A stretch of 63,972 bases of DNA, the filler included, from Trypethelium eluteriae (lineage: Eukaryota), in assembly GCA_051942245.1 (NCBI GenBank). It is 3 parts of 3 records of this genome, joined end to end, with 100 filler letters (N's around TTAATTAATTAA, not from the genome) between each part and the next. Parts side by side here need not be neighbours in the genome. Positions count along the whole stretch, not along the records: positions 22,208 to 44,269 come from JAVECL010000449.1; positions 44,370 to 63,972 come from JAVECL010000522.1; 1 more part is not named here. The stretch is one strand, 5' to 3'. Under the pieces are notes generated by a model. It searched no databases. It was not told the origin of the DNA and was given only the letters and a program-made list of their open reading frames with translations. Position 1 is the stretch's first letter, and each line of letters opens with the position of its first letter. Of the stretch, positions 36,477 to 50,300 are shown piece by piece. The position numbers were made by a program, and so were the translations under genes.

Positions 36477-39388
36477 CTAGCAGAACGCTAGATTTCCCGA
36501 TTCGTACGGGTACATGACGGGACCTTCAGCCTGCGGGACTGGCGATACCCAACGATGGACTAGGCGGACCAGCCTGTTCCTGATTCCTTCGGCTAGCCGC
36601 GTACCAAGATCTTCATCCAACACGTCGATGCAATGATTGAGCGCACTCTCTGGCAGGTCCAACGTGGCCAACTCGCCATTACGTTTAGTGATCATAGGTG
36701 TTCCTTCCCGCGCCGCCAAAAACCGCACTATCGCATCATCTTCCGGTGGGAGCGTATTGATGGAGAACCCTTCCTCGTCTCTAATCGGGGCCGAGTTCGG
36801 AGAGCTAAATTGCATGCCAAGTCGAGCAGAGCTGGTAATGAAACAGATGAGGGCAACCCTGTAGATCGCCGCAGGCCACCAGATCGGTCTACTACCACTT
36901 CTTAGAAGACAGAGTAATCGTAAGACCTGGCCGCAGTGGAAGAAGATATCGACAGCCGACTCCATTGTTCGCATCCGGAGATTGAAATGATGACGAAACG
37001 GCTGGCTTAGTGGGCTTTGCTGCAGGACCTTCTCAATCTCGGGGAAGTTGACAAAGGTGCTCAGGCTGATGAGATGGTACATGATTAAAGCAGTGGACAC
37101 GGCAGGGTCTTTGCTGGAGACCAAGCTAGAGTTTTGGTAGAGGTTGAACCACTGCTGAAGGAGATAACGGCCATCATTAAGTTGTGACCGTGATGCCGAA
37201 GTCGTTGCGAGGCGTGAAGAGGTAATAGGGGGATTGTCTGGGAAGAATTCGAGATACTGACCCAGGTGACTACACAGTCCCTGCAGAGGTTGCAGTAGGA
37301 GCCGCAGGTGCATTCCTGAGAGGTCTTGTGCTTGATCAATCAAACGGTGTTCCATAAATTGCTGGAACAAATCGCTTAAGCCTGCCGTCTGGGCCATGGA
37401 GCCAGACGCGTCGAAGAGAGAACGCCAGTCATTTGCGGAGGCTGCTTTCCAGAGCGAGTCTGCGGAGGGCATGGCAAGATGCATGTCCCAAACCGATAGT
37501 TGTGGTGTTGTATCATGGAACAAACTGATCTCTTGGTCTACATTGACCCAAGAGTAGACGAGACTGTGTTACACAAGTCAGTATGTAAAAATCACTTAAG
37601 AGAACGACTGCATGTATGGTATTCGAGAAGTCTATGAAGTTGACTGCCATCTAGACTTGACACGGTCAGAGACTGTACTCACCGACTATGACTTTCCTGT
37701 TCTGTCCAGGCGCTCCAAAGCTTCTCCGTGTCCCAAGACCCTTCAGATGATGTAATTACATTATTCTTTTGCTCGAGCATTCCGGATAGCTGCAGCATCT
37801 AAGAATGAAGTTAGTCGTGACGACCTGCACCTACTGGAAGCTCTAGCATACTGATGTGTATATCGCTCGTTGCTTGATGGCAACCTGCGAAGTCATAAGC
37901 TTTTTCGTTCGAAAGAAACCCTCGAACTCGTCAGCAACCTACGTCCATATGCCATTTATCTCCTCCCCAGGCTGCTAGATTCAGATAGTGGAGCGCATTA
38001 CGCATAAAAGAAGAATCAACCCTAATTACGAAAATCTCCCGTTGCATGGCCTGGTTCAAGGCGGTGCGACATAGTTCTGTCAGTCCACTACTGAATGCCC
38101 TGGCCTCGAATGTGGGATTTGTCATCGCTCCTTGCGCGAAGAGGAGGAGCAGTAGCAAGGGTGAATGGTTCGACTTTTCATCGAGCAGCACACCTGGATT
38201 AAGTGTGCCCCTGGCGACGGTTGGATAGAAGGGCTCGAACCCGCATACATAGGCTCGCAAGAAGTAGCGAAGCACGTGGGGTGGCGGTAATATGAGTTTC
38301 TCCGCTTGGTCAAAAATTGATGTCAATTCGTCAATAGGTGACTGGACTTGTAATGATGGGATCCGACGTTCCATAGCACCACGGAATAGTTCCCTGGTAT
38401 ACTCTAGCAGTCGATCCCTCACAGACCTGAGCACCGGCTCGGTGGATATAGCCTTGCTCATTGCAAGGTCCGATTCCGCTTGCTGAACATCAAGTGAGTC
38501 CCAGGCATCTTGGTTTACGAGAGTCCCGACCAAGCTGTCCAAGTGAGCACTCGTCGTCTCTGGGCTAGATTCGGCAGGGGATGGATTGCATTTGAACCAA
38601 GACCAGTGATCCTGCGCATTAAGGATGGCTTCATCCTCGAGAACGGGATGTTTTACAGTGGGAACGTTTGGCCTCGAAGGGGCTGGAAACTGAGTAGACG
38701 AAGCCTTGGGATCAAATAAAGGAGGCTGGAAGCCGAGGTCATCAAAATCGCCGATGCCGTTCATATGTGAAGCCATCGCCAAGGTCGTTGAAGGCATGAT
38801 GTAAGGATTGCTGCGGGACATGAAATAGTCCGTCTGCTCTGGATGATAGTGAACATTGTCCATAGGCACAATGTATTCAATGCCATCTGGAGAAGTCACA
38901 AATTCTGGCGATTGTTTCATATCTTGCTGTGATACATTTGGCTCGATCCCAGACAGTGATGTCGGAGTATGTAGGTGTGACGCATTCGACTTTCCTGAAG
39001 AAGGCTCCTTTTCGATTGGACTCGACAACCAGTTGCTCTCGGCTGAGATCTGATTGTCAGACTGGCCTGTGGTAAAAGTGCCCCACACTGCTTGGTCTGG
39101 ATTCGTGTCTAGATGAAGAGCGACTGGCTTGGCATTGAATGTGTGGCTCGCGAATCCATTCGACGTATCGTAAATAACGGGCTGACCAGCAGCATAACGT
39201 CGAGTTGGTCTTGATTCGCAGTGCACCCGTTTTAGCTTGCATCTGGTGCACGGTACCTATGATTATGGAGCATCAGATATTGCACTGGTGTTGTTGGTTG
39301 CGGAGACACTTACCTTTTTGTCACATCTTACTTTCGCTTTGGCACATCTACTGCAGGCAATTGCGGTACGACGTCCTGAGTCTGACAT
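36477..39388 (-). CDS. Zn(II)2Cys6 transcription factor with fungal-specific TF middle domain (about 5 exons)
   Basis: Exon 39388-39314 plus exon from 39256 give ACSRCAKAKVRCDKK/VPCTRCKLKRVHC. Later AAWGGDKWHMD, W..W.EQESHSR/LVYSWVNVDQEISLFHD, LWKAASANDW. The start codon is the least certain part. Confidence 0.9.
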
Positions 39389-42300
39389 CACAAGAAAGCT
39401 TATTTTCGGTTGTCGGACGGTCCCGAAGACAATGTGGCGGGAGGATTTGTCGAAAGCGGCGCCTGACCTAAGAATACAAACAAAAGAAATCACATCTGCA
39501 AAGTGACCAGAAACCCTTCACCCTGAAAGGTGAGCCAACGGAGGGTGACAAAGCTTGTACCTTTTCAGGGCAATCAACATAGATGCGAGTCGGAAATATC
39601 GATGGGATAGATATCATGTGAAATCAAGATGAGATATTGGTCCAAATACCTGAATGAGTCTTCCTCGCGCACTATCTATGGAATTTCTGACGTAGGATGG
39701 GCTGGTCCTAAACGCCGAGGAACAAGAGCATCGCAAAGGTTCATTGTTTTAGACCCGGCACAGGGTATGCCAGGGGCCCCAACACCATGCCAATATTAAA
39801 ATCCACCTACCGACTATGGAGAGAGGATGGATTCCTTAGAGAGTCCTAAGTCAAGTACCTTGCTGGTAGATGGCATCCGATCAGCCACTGGAGAGAGAGA
39901 AGGAGCTTGCACCAGGATGAGACGCAGGGTTTTTAGGAGGGCATTCGACAAGCACGGGTACAGGAAGTACATGTCCTGAGACTATCCTCGGCTGCCCGGG
40001 CCTAAAAGCAGGTATGGATGCATGATCTGGAGAATTGAGTATTGGAGACTCGTTAACAAATGCCTTTCCCTTCGCATCGAGGCTTGGCTTCGGAGACACA
40101 ATACGGGGATTGCGGGGCAGACGGTGAGGGGAACAACTGTAGACGACTGCTTCGCTAAGGCAAGAGGCCGGGCGAGCGTTGAAGGGGAATCGTGAGCATG
40201 AATGCAGCAGATGCTGCAACCTCGTGTAGCTACAGAATCGATGACCTCACGACTCTGCGGTGCGTCGAATTGATTGGATGGCGGGGGCAGGGGCGTTCAA
40301 GTTCTAGCCTATCCTACCAGCATGGCCGAATTCGCATTCGCTGAGAAGGTCGATATTGAGAAGGAGCTCGAAATTGGGCGTTGAAAGAGCAAGAGAATAG
40401 GAGGTCGAAGAGGTAAGCCATGCATCGAGAATTCATCGTGTGAGATGAGATTGGGAAGGTGAAGGGGATTGGGGCTAAGCCGGATCGGTCTAGCTCCCGT
40501 TCCCGAAGCCGCCTCATCCCCCGCCCCCGGACTCGCTCCTGCCAGGTTGGAGCAGGTTGGATCAGGGTGGATCAGGTTGGACCAGCTGGGCCTGTCGCTC
40601 CTGCCTCTCCTGCCCCCAGGCCTCCTGCCTCTGCGCCTCCCGACATCGTGACCTCTGAAGCGAGCAATTCTGCCCGCAAAGGAAATCTTATTTCGCCAAC
40701 TCACCTGAAAAATATCGTCTATGCTGGCGTTGTGCCCTAGATGTCTGGGTATCCTGATCTTCCTCTGTCGACACTCTCCGACGTCGTCCCTGGCTAAATT
40801 CTGCGAGTACAATTGGTTTTTTTAATCGTTTCGGTCAGCGAAATTGCACCGTCCGTGACCAGTATCGCTGGGATGATCTGCGCATTTCTTTAGCAACATG
40901 CAGCTGATTCGTCTGGCTGTGCTAGTAATGGCTTTGATTTGTAGTTGTGCCACATCCCCAACTAAGCAGGCCGACGATATAATGCTTGCCTCAACTGTCA
41001 TGCAGGTAGTTAACGAGTAGCGCCGGGTAGGCAAGGTAGGTCAATGCGAGCGCCTCGATTAAGGTCAGTAATCTACTGCACCTAATCCTGGCTTATTGCT
41101 GTTTTGACCCTTGTATAGCGACTTTTCTCGTAGCATACATGCACGAGACTCATCGACGCAAATATCCGCTTAAGCTGACCCATTAGATTGCCTGGACTGT
41201 ACTTGATGCTTTTCAACTTCACTCCTGCACATCCGAAGCCAAAAGTGAGGCTTTACAAGACACTGCACTGCCATCTCTGTGGAAATCCTTTTGCTTTCCG
41301 CGGAGCACATCAAACTGCCAGGGCTCCCCGAGACGCTCTGAAGGATCATCCGCCCTGCTTATTACCCGAGTGGCGAAAAGCAAAAGGTATATGGGTGGTT
41401 TCGTTGTTCTCACGGCAGTCCTTTTCACGGCAGTCTTTCTCACGGCAATTGCAAGTATTCTAAATGGATAAGCTTTGGTGTTCGGCATTGTTTGACGCGT
41501 CCTTACCAGGAAGAAATCACACTTGTGACATACTTTTACCATTAAATATGACTTAGGGGACTGTCCGTAATAGAACACTCATTTAGCCGGATGACTACTC
41601 CCAGCACTACGCCCCTGGCGAACTTATTAGCATTCGTGTTGTTGTCACATCCGGCATTCAATCTTCGAATACACTCGCCATCGCACAATTATCCAAAGAC
41701 ACCGACCGGACAGATGGACCCTACGATGTCAAGGGCTTGTTGCCAAGTGAATCTATTTCAAGAGGAACATCAAAGATGGTGGTGATGAGGGGTTTGCACA
41801 TCCCGTCGTGGTTCGCAAAAGGACATAACCGAAATGTCCTTATCCAATTTCTCATGGCGCGACTCCATCACTGTCAGCCCCAGTTGATTCTCCCGAAACC
41901 CAGAGAGCCTACACGGCAACCAACCTCCGTACCGGTAGACGTCCTATCCGTGGGCCGGAATTAAGGCTCATCAAGTGCCGTCGTTGTGACTTGCTTTTCG
42001 CTGCGTATATTCTGGATGGATGAATCAAGGCGGCGCTTGGAATAGATTTTACCCTGATTCGAACAAGTATCAGTATCGAGAAGCGACAAAGGGAATGTGT
42101 GATGGTGTCGGGGTGTTCTCTCAAGGAATGCCTAGCAGCTGTTGGATCTTTGCTTGGGATCCCTCGCTGAAGCCTGGTTTTCTTTGCCTTGCTTTGCCTC
42201 CTCCTAATCCGTAGCCAAGTAAAATTGGAGTAAACCTCCACAGGAGATCAAAACTTGAGACATTTGCCTGCTCTATCTGTCGACTGGCCTAAAATTCTCA

Positions 42301-43381
42301 CAAGAATTGATAGTTGATTTGACATATCAACCCAGCTTCGCGTATCATGATCGGCAGCCAATTTTACGTGCGCCAAGTCATAGTGCCCATACCCGATGTT
42401 CGGACCAAGGGTTTCAATCGGTTATCTCGAGTTCAAGTGGCTCGAGCCCTTGTCTTGATACACTTGAGATATGGTCGACAGGTCACCATGTTGCTGCAAT
42501 TCAGTCATATCGAAGTGAGCGCTTTGAAAATTCGGAGGCTATGCCCGACTCGGTAGCATTACAGCCGAGATATTTCAAAGTCTGGTACCGTCTATCGCTG
42601 CATAACGTAGCGTCGGACCGAAGCGAATGCCAAGCCAGCAAAACAATCGAGCTAGGTCTTTCGCACCTACACGGACGATATCGAAGCCTTGATCATGTTG
42701 ATAGCGGCTTCCGCGTGGATTGGTTATCGAGGACAACTGCTCATCAAGTGCGAATGACGTCCATACTGGAGGCTGTCTGCGCAACCGTCCGCTGCGTGCC
42801 CATGATCGGTGTATTCTTGGATGAGATTCACATACATTTACATGACGAAATAGGCAGTTTTGAGCCATTCTTATGCAACGGTCTGGATCGCACAAATCAT
42901 CATGCAGCCTGAATGGGATGTTTCAAAGGGGACAAATCCTGTCTCAGAGATTGGCATGCAGCAAGTTGATGAAGCGGAGCGGTGTTCTGTCGTCTTGATA
43001 AACTACGACGGCCAGGGTTGTGTGGTTTGGCGGGCCGCGTAAACCGTTATACGATTTGCGACTCCCATGCGCCTGCAGCTGCTGCCGATGCCGATGCACG
43101 ACATGGGACGCGAGAGACGCTGGCTCTGAGCACCTACTACTCATCGGTCGAATAACACCCCACCAGTCATAGCCGCATCGCGCTACGCCTCACCGTCCCT
43201 CAGCTAGGCTAGGAAGTTCTTCGAAGTTTGCCCCAGACAGCAAAGGACGCGTCTCCGGATCTTGGCTCCCTTCTCCACAATCCATAACCCTAACTTTGCT
43301 TTTGGCCGAGGCATAGGCACTCAACAACACAGGGACCTGCCATTCAAGGAATAATCCCAACTCACTTCGACTTCTCAAACA

Positions 43382-43955
43382 ATGTCAAGCATCACAATCG
43401 CCTCAGTACCCCGCATGAGTCGAGAAGCGCTATCTGCCATCATATTGAATCAAGCAGCATCGCAATCCGCCGGATACGCGATCATAGATGTGCGAGATTC
43501 GGATCACATTGGTGGCCACATTCACGGGAGCATGCATGTTCCGTCTAGTACATTGGACTATCGCATCCCCGAACTTGTACGTCAACTGAAAGACAAGGAT
43601 TCGGTCATCTTTCACTGCTCTCTGAGCCAACAGCGGGGTCCTAGTGCCGCCCTGAGATATGCGCGTGAGCGCAAACGACTGTTAGGAATCGATATCCAAG
43701 ATGAAGGTGCCGAGGTGACAGGAGCTGCCGATGAAATTGAAGGAACAGCTGGTTCACGGCAAAAGGTCTTCATTCTTGATGGCGGCTTTGTTCAGTGGCA
43801 AGAGAAGTGTGTCCCTGACTATCCCAGTAATGTCGCGCAGACAGCGATCATACCGTTGGTAGCCGAAATAGAGCTGACCAATTTCTGACAGATATGGCCA
43901 AAACGAGAAGCTTACTGATGATTATGAAAAGGACATTTGGGAATTCGGATACTAG
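43382..43955 (+). CDS. Cdc25-like rhodanese phosphatase / arsenate reductase (Ych1/Ibp1/Acr2 family); exons 43382-43806, 43892-43955
   Basis: IIDVRDSDHIGGHI, active site FHCSLSQQRGPSAA (HCX5R), ILDGGFVQWQEK/YGQNEKLTDDYEKDIW. Confidence 0.92.
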
Positions 43956-44169
43956 ATTGCTGGAACAGGGTCGTATCTGCACAATGAACAGGGTCTCTGA
44001 CAAAAGGCCCGAGATATGTCCAAGCCCCCTATATCATAACATGTAATCTGGAAATGCACTCCAACTTCTTCAAGCTTAGGTGCCTACTAAGGTAGTAGGT
44101 GGGCATCGATTCCCCCCACTGTTCCGATTACCCCCACATACACTCCTTTATCGCCTTCTCCCCCACCCA

Positions 44170-44268
44170 TCACAATCTCGACGCCTTCCATTTCGGGCGC
44201 CTCTTCTCCACAAACGCCCTCACCCCCTCCCTAATATTCTCCCCCTCCACCAAGCGCGGGTACCAACT
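44170..44268 (-). CDS. C-terminal fragment of a peroxisomal enoyl-CoA hydratase/isomerase (crotonase), remainder lost in the gap
   Basis: SWYPRLVEGENIREGVRAFVEKRRPKWKASRL*: the crotonase C-terminal EG..AF.EKR.P.W motif and PTS1 tripeptide SRL. Not in the ORF track. Confidence 0.85.
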   Translation of the reverse strand, partial: SWYPRLVEGENIREGVRAFVEKRRPKWKASRL

Positions 44269-44269
44269 C

Positions 44270-44369
44270 NNNNNNNNNNNNNNNNNNNNNNNNNNNNNNN
44301 NNNNNNNNNNNNNTTAATTAATTAANNNNNNNNNNNNNNNNNNNNNNNNNNNNNNNNNNNNNNNNNNNN
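44270..44369. other. Artificial contig linker / gap
   Basis: 44 N + TTAATTAATTAA + 44 N. Confidence 0.98.
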
Positions 44370-47300
44370 AGGGAGTGATGAAGTGGGAGGATGAAGGGAG
44401 GCCGCTCTATTAAGGTGAAAGGCTTCGCGATATACACTGATACCCATGACTTCATTGCTGCTTGCTTATGGAATACAAGGCTCATGTACTTCTTCTATAC
44501 TACTAGATAGCTAAAAATACCTTGTTTCCCAATTTTTGGCAGGCCCGGCGGTTTTATCTGCGAATGCCTCGTCTGTGCTTATAATGGTATGAGAGACTTG
44601 TCCGTTAGTACATGCATTCATTGCCATAGTTGGCGCTTTTCCGAGACCCTATCGCGCTGACTGCATTGATGTATAGAGAATAGTCAGGTGTACCAAGAGA
44701 GTGAGAGTACCTAAGATAGGAAATGTGGTTGATATAGTCCTAACTTATACAAAGATGCTCGATAATATAATCAACCAATTAATTGCTGAAATTCTCAAAC
44801 AATTTGGATCAAGAGATACATTGGTGAGTCGATGGCGCAATTGCAGATTTCTAATTCGTGGATGCCCTTTGATCAACCATGGGTTGCAGGATGAAAAGAA
44901 TATTCCAAGGATCCATTCCCTCAATAATCGTTTTGCGTTTACAGGTCAACCCAAACGACTGAAAAGAAATTTTGACCTATCGTCGGAGCTACTAATGGCA
45001 TTTGGGAAAGTAATTGCCTCGTGTTCTCAAGATTCTTCATTTTAGGGTGGTACCTTCCGTAGGTCCAACTATGACTTCTCTTTACAAACATATAGGCCGA
45101 CCTCACTGGCTGCCACTTCTTCCGAGAGTGCACCTTCAGCTCCAGGAGCTCTTCAATTCGAAATGTATTCTGAGCCTACGTGCATGTAGGGCCGGGCGCT
45201 CTCACTAGGCATCCGCCTTGTCCAGGTCGTTGGTGTGACTAGCGCAGTCTGCCTTTCACCGCAGCAGCTCTCTCTCGTCTCCACAATTCCATACATTTGC
45301 ATCCTCATGCTCTACGTCGGCTCTTCTCACAACACGCTCGCCTCGAATCCTTCTCTCTTATCATCATCTGCCGCGATTCTCGATGTAGCGGAGAAAGGTG
45401 CGAGGGGTGAAGGTGAAAGGAGGGAGCTCTTAGAACGATGGGGAGGTTGGGACCTGGGAAGAGTGGCATTGCGGAGAGTGTGTTATCTGTTAGGCTGCGC
45501 GCACTGGTGACTCTGCCTCATTTCGTGATAGCGGCGATTCAGGAAATGGGAAATGGCGCTGTAGGGTGGGAGAGCTGTACGAAAGCCTCGGAGTGACAAA
45601 GAAAAGGAAGGTGAAATTGAGAGGAATAGAGACGGTAAGTCATCTTCCTGCGTACAATACTTACAACTTGCATTAGGACGTTCTCATATAGGGTGGTTAA
45701 AATCACTTCTTAAGGAGGAAATTCGAAGGATTGTGAACTTCTTCAGTGTTGATCCGCCAAGACCCTTTGTGTAAATATCTTCAATAATTTTAAACGGCCC
45801 CATTAGAGAATTTCTTGGACATCGGACATAGAAAGATGCTGTAAAATAATGAGCTTAACGATGGGTGCACGTGTAAGGGAATTGCCTAGCTCGCCGTTGA
45901 CAGAAAACCGTACACCGAGACGGGAGGGTGCCTCATCGGACAACAGCAGCAATGCCAGTAGACTATTTCCACACCCCACCAACAACATAATGAATGCAGA
46001 TTTGAGTCCCAGCAAAGATGGAGGTACTCCCTTATAATTCAGCTTGATAGCTACCATTCTAGTTTTTTTTAGTTTTCTTTTTAATTCGAAAAGCGATGGT
46101 GGTGCAATAGAGGAAGACTCTAATTCACGTGTGCAATCTTTCCTATCAGCCGCAGGTGTAGGGACAGAGCAAATATAGATTAGTGATCATATGATAGATG
46201 GCGTCTTCGCACACTTGCTTTTTTTGGACAACATGATAGGACTGTTGCAGGGAAGACGTCATCTCTCAAAGCTAGATGAGAGCTCTGGGAGTAGATTGGA
46301 TATCAATCCTTGCAGGCTACGAAGAGAAGCGGTTGTAGAAGGCAGTGCTGATAAAATTATTGACAAGGCGCTCAGAGACCATCTGCCTGAAGCAACAGAG
46401 CAGAGAAGCCTGGAGTAAAGCTGAAGTAGCAGAAAGTACCTATTTTTATCTGAAGCGATTTCTGGTCTCAACACCTTTCTTGGGATAGCATTCTTGGAGA
46501 ACCCCATGGTTTCATTAGTTGTGGCAGAACAAAGCCTGCCGGGCACCGGGTAATGTCTCAAATATGAACAGATAAGCGTATCTAAATGCTCATTGTAGAC
46601 GGAGAACGGAAGAGCCAACTCGTCGCTGTGCATAAGAATAGGCGAATCGGGTGGCTTTCCCTCGACCCTAGGTCTCCGCCCAACAGCCTCAGGTAAAGCT
46701 TAAGCAACCACTAGCTCTTCTAGAAGAGTGGGTTGCATAACCAGCGCTGGAGAAAGGCTTCAGCGTGGTCGTTACTGTGGATCGCCAAGCATCGAACGGC
46801 ACGGCATGGCTGAGACGTGTTGGTCGAAGCGAGCTGAACGGCCCGCCAACGTTGGCTTTGTGCCTCAATGTGGGGTTCTATCACGAAAATACCTGGATCC
46901 GGTTTCAAATGGTCATGGAGATGGTGTTGGCGATATGCGACGGTAAAGGACGAGTAGGGGTGTTCGCAAAGGTGGTTGTAGGAATCGAGCTGGTGTACTC
47001 CGTATGGAATGGCACGACAGATAGAGGTCCATTGGGACTTACGGGACGGACCGAATGCAGGCTGCGCCTGTATGAGAAGAGGCTTTGGCGAGATAGATGG
47101 CCTAGTTCAGCCTCTTGGCCGTCTCGAATGATCATTGATGCAGGATTCTGACTCGATTCTGTCACGTACAGCAGGAACGTCGGTCGAAATAAAGTGCTTA
47201 AGTAACGGTGTACCTGCTTTAGGTCATGTATAGTCTCCGGTAGAGAGCCACCAACAGCGACCATAGCAAAAGCTTCTTTGTCCATCTCGTTTGGTTCAGC

Positions 47301-50300
47301 GGAAAGCTGCATTGCTGTTCCCAAATCGATCCTCGTACATCTTGTCACCGATGCAATCTAGTTAAGTCGGTGTAGAAGCGTGACATACATGCATTGCGCT
47401 GGTCGCCAAGCAGAATCGCAACCGGACTTTACTGCGTTCGCACTTTTTTGCATAATTGCCCCTAATTTACTCTCATACACTCAAGATATTACTCCTGATT
47501 TATTTTCCCCTTGGCGTCATGACGTCCTTACGGACACTTTTTGACGGAAGCTTTGACCATGTGCGAAGCGCCCGGACTTACCTCAATCACGGGAGCGGAG
47601 GGGTCGATAGTGCTGACTTGATCTTGATGGCTTCGACCTGCCTTTCTCGCATTAAGTTTATTGCCCTTTCAAGGTGTGGCAGCTCCCGGTAGGAGCCGCG
47701 AGAGCAGCAGAGAATTGATGGACTGCCGGAGGATCAGACGGGACGCCCATGCGCGAAATCATGCGATGGCTCCTAGACCCGGAAAATTCAGTCATCCATG
47801 ATCGACTGTTGCTCCCTGACCAGATGGCCACCGGCGTGCCCGATGCAGAGATTGCCGTATTGACTAGCCTGGCCGATTCCGACGAAAAGAACGACCAGAA
47901 AGCTACCCCACCCTCCACCCATCGTCCATCCGACCCCATGCCTGCTTGGTGAGATACTCGCCCGGTGGCTGGTGGTGTGGCTCCATATATAGAACAGCGG
48001 TGAGCGGTCGAAGTACGATTGCCCCACCCAGAGGCGCTCAACTTGAATTATTGAGTTTGACCGCGTGGGACTCTGATGCTCTCTGACCCACGGCGAACCA
48101 CCGCCTGGCTCGAGTGGCGACAAACAAAAAAGCAGTGAAGGGGGGTTTTAGATGACCGAAAGAAGCGATGAATGGAGGCGTTTGCAACGGCAAAGTCTGG
48201 AACGCTAGACAATACAGAAACGTTTGACGTCGTAGGGGGGGGTGGATGGAGCAGCAGCGGGCTGGATGGAGCAGCAGCGGGCTGGAAGGGGGGGGAGGAT
48301 AAAATGGTGTGCAACCGTTTTGCGGGGTTCGACGGTGAGCAGATTGTCTGCAAGGAGGATCTTGGTGTAGGCGCTACGGGCGTCTGGTGGCTCTCGGCGA
48401 CGGGACAGGGGGGGCCTGGTAGGTTCACCAGTCCACCAGTCGACCAGCAGACCAGCAGTCCGTCTGGGGTGCTGGGGACGCTTTCGGTCCCGACAGTCAG
48501 TTAACGTTCACGGTTGGATTGGGGCTGACTTTTGACGTGTCGCATCTTGATTGGAGGCTGCTGCCTCCAGTCGCATTGCCCATCTGGTCATGGATGACTG
48601 CTTATCCGGCGCCTGTAGCCTGACAGAGGCCGTCGTTCTTTTTTGGATCGGCGAGCAATGGTGCAATGGTGTTTCCCATTGTATTGTTTCAAGAAGTTTT
48701 AGCCCGGGTTGGGAGGCCATGTTGCAGCTTTTCGGTCGGTCGCGAGTGTTGGTGGGCGAAAATGGAGCTGCAAGCGATCTCGTCCGCAAAGGCCCGGCCA
48801 GCCGCAGGCTGCGGGTCTACCGTTGGTTCGGGCTTAGCACGGGACCTGCCTCGTCCGTCTCGTCTCGCCTGCCTCGCCTGCCTCGCCTGCCTCTTGCAGC
48901 GGCATCACATGCATATGCATCCGCGGGAAGCTGCAGCTACCCTCAGGCCAATCATTATCGTTCCCGCCCTCGGCAAAAGTCGCATTGCTGCGGGAACGCA
49001 GCAGCTGCAGGAACGATGATCGTCCGCACATGTGCACCAATTCGAGCAAGAGCCCAAAAGCCAAATGCCTCTACAGCATCCTCCCATAAAGCTGCTATGG
49101 GAGAGATGGTCCGCCGTCAAAAGCTAGATTGCCGAGGCCCTTGCCTGCAGTCCTGACCAAGATTTCTGTCTGCAAAGCCTGCAAACCCCCCCTTTAACAA
49201 TCTATCCACCAGCTCGGCCGCAGCGATACGAGAGATCTCTCCTTCTGTCCGGCGTGCTCCTGCATCGAGCCAGAACTTCCTGGCGCGCCGTATCCTGTGA
49301 GATGCTGGAACTTTTAAGAAAGCCATGTTTCAGACCTTGTACTTTGCCAGCCTTCCACGTGCGCCTTCAGACGCGCGTTGCTGCATCTAAGTAAGGGGGC
49401 ATATCTGACGAAATTGCTGTGAGACTGCTTGCGCACGCGATGTCGGAGGGGTGACATTAAACAAATGAGTCAAATCCAACCATTATGTCCATCATGTCCC
49501 TCATGTCCAGCACGACCACAACGCTCTCGTTGCTCAGGAAGAAAATAGAAATGAAATGAAATGAACCGACCACGTCATGCAAGAGGTATCTCCAGCAATG
49601 CTACGTTTTCCTGGGCAGGGATGGATGAGGATGGATACAAAGAATATCAGCCGACCGGATTCAAGCGAATCCGAGCAGCTCTCGACGAAGACACCTTGTA
49701 TTCGTGTGTCTTGAGAGGGCTGCGGACTCATGCGTAGTCCAGTTCTATGACAGAGGGAAGCAAGCAAACATTGCAGCAAAACCGTCTCACTCATCGAGAT
49801 GATCAATTGACGTTATTATGAGCAAGCATGCATTATGCATTCGCCGCGTGCTCCTGTGTCAAACCACAGGCATGGCTATGCGAGAGCAGGTGACTGAGGC
49901 ACGCACAATGAGGTGAGGACAAGTGTACCGCAGACCCGAATACCACTGCTGTGGTCGTCTGGTATTACAGTTCAAAGATTGACTTGACCAGCCAGCTGGA
50001 GGCATCAAATTTTAGAAGAACCAAAGGTGGCAGAGAAAGGACTGTAGCTGACGTTTGCAAAAAAAGAGGACCTGCTTGTCTGTGTAACGTCTCCTCAGGT
50101 AATCCAATCTCGCGGGCTCGGAGTTTGATAGATTTTTGTTGTTGGGACGTTCTGGCGCTAACTAAAGGGCTCGGTCCTGGTGGTGCCAGTGGTGCCAGTG
50201 GTCCCAGCACCCCAGAGTCTTGCTGACATGATGGAGATGCGAATTGACGCTACGGTTGCAAGGGAATTAGAGCAATTCTTCCTGACATGGTTGTTGCGCC

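Noticed and set aside
41188..43144. Possible gene(s) between the Zn2Cys6 factor and the phosphatase (e.g. HCHLC motif, 201-aa ORF at 42307)
   Set aside because: No coherent frame, splice model or recognisable domain; at most an eroded relic.
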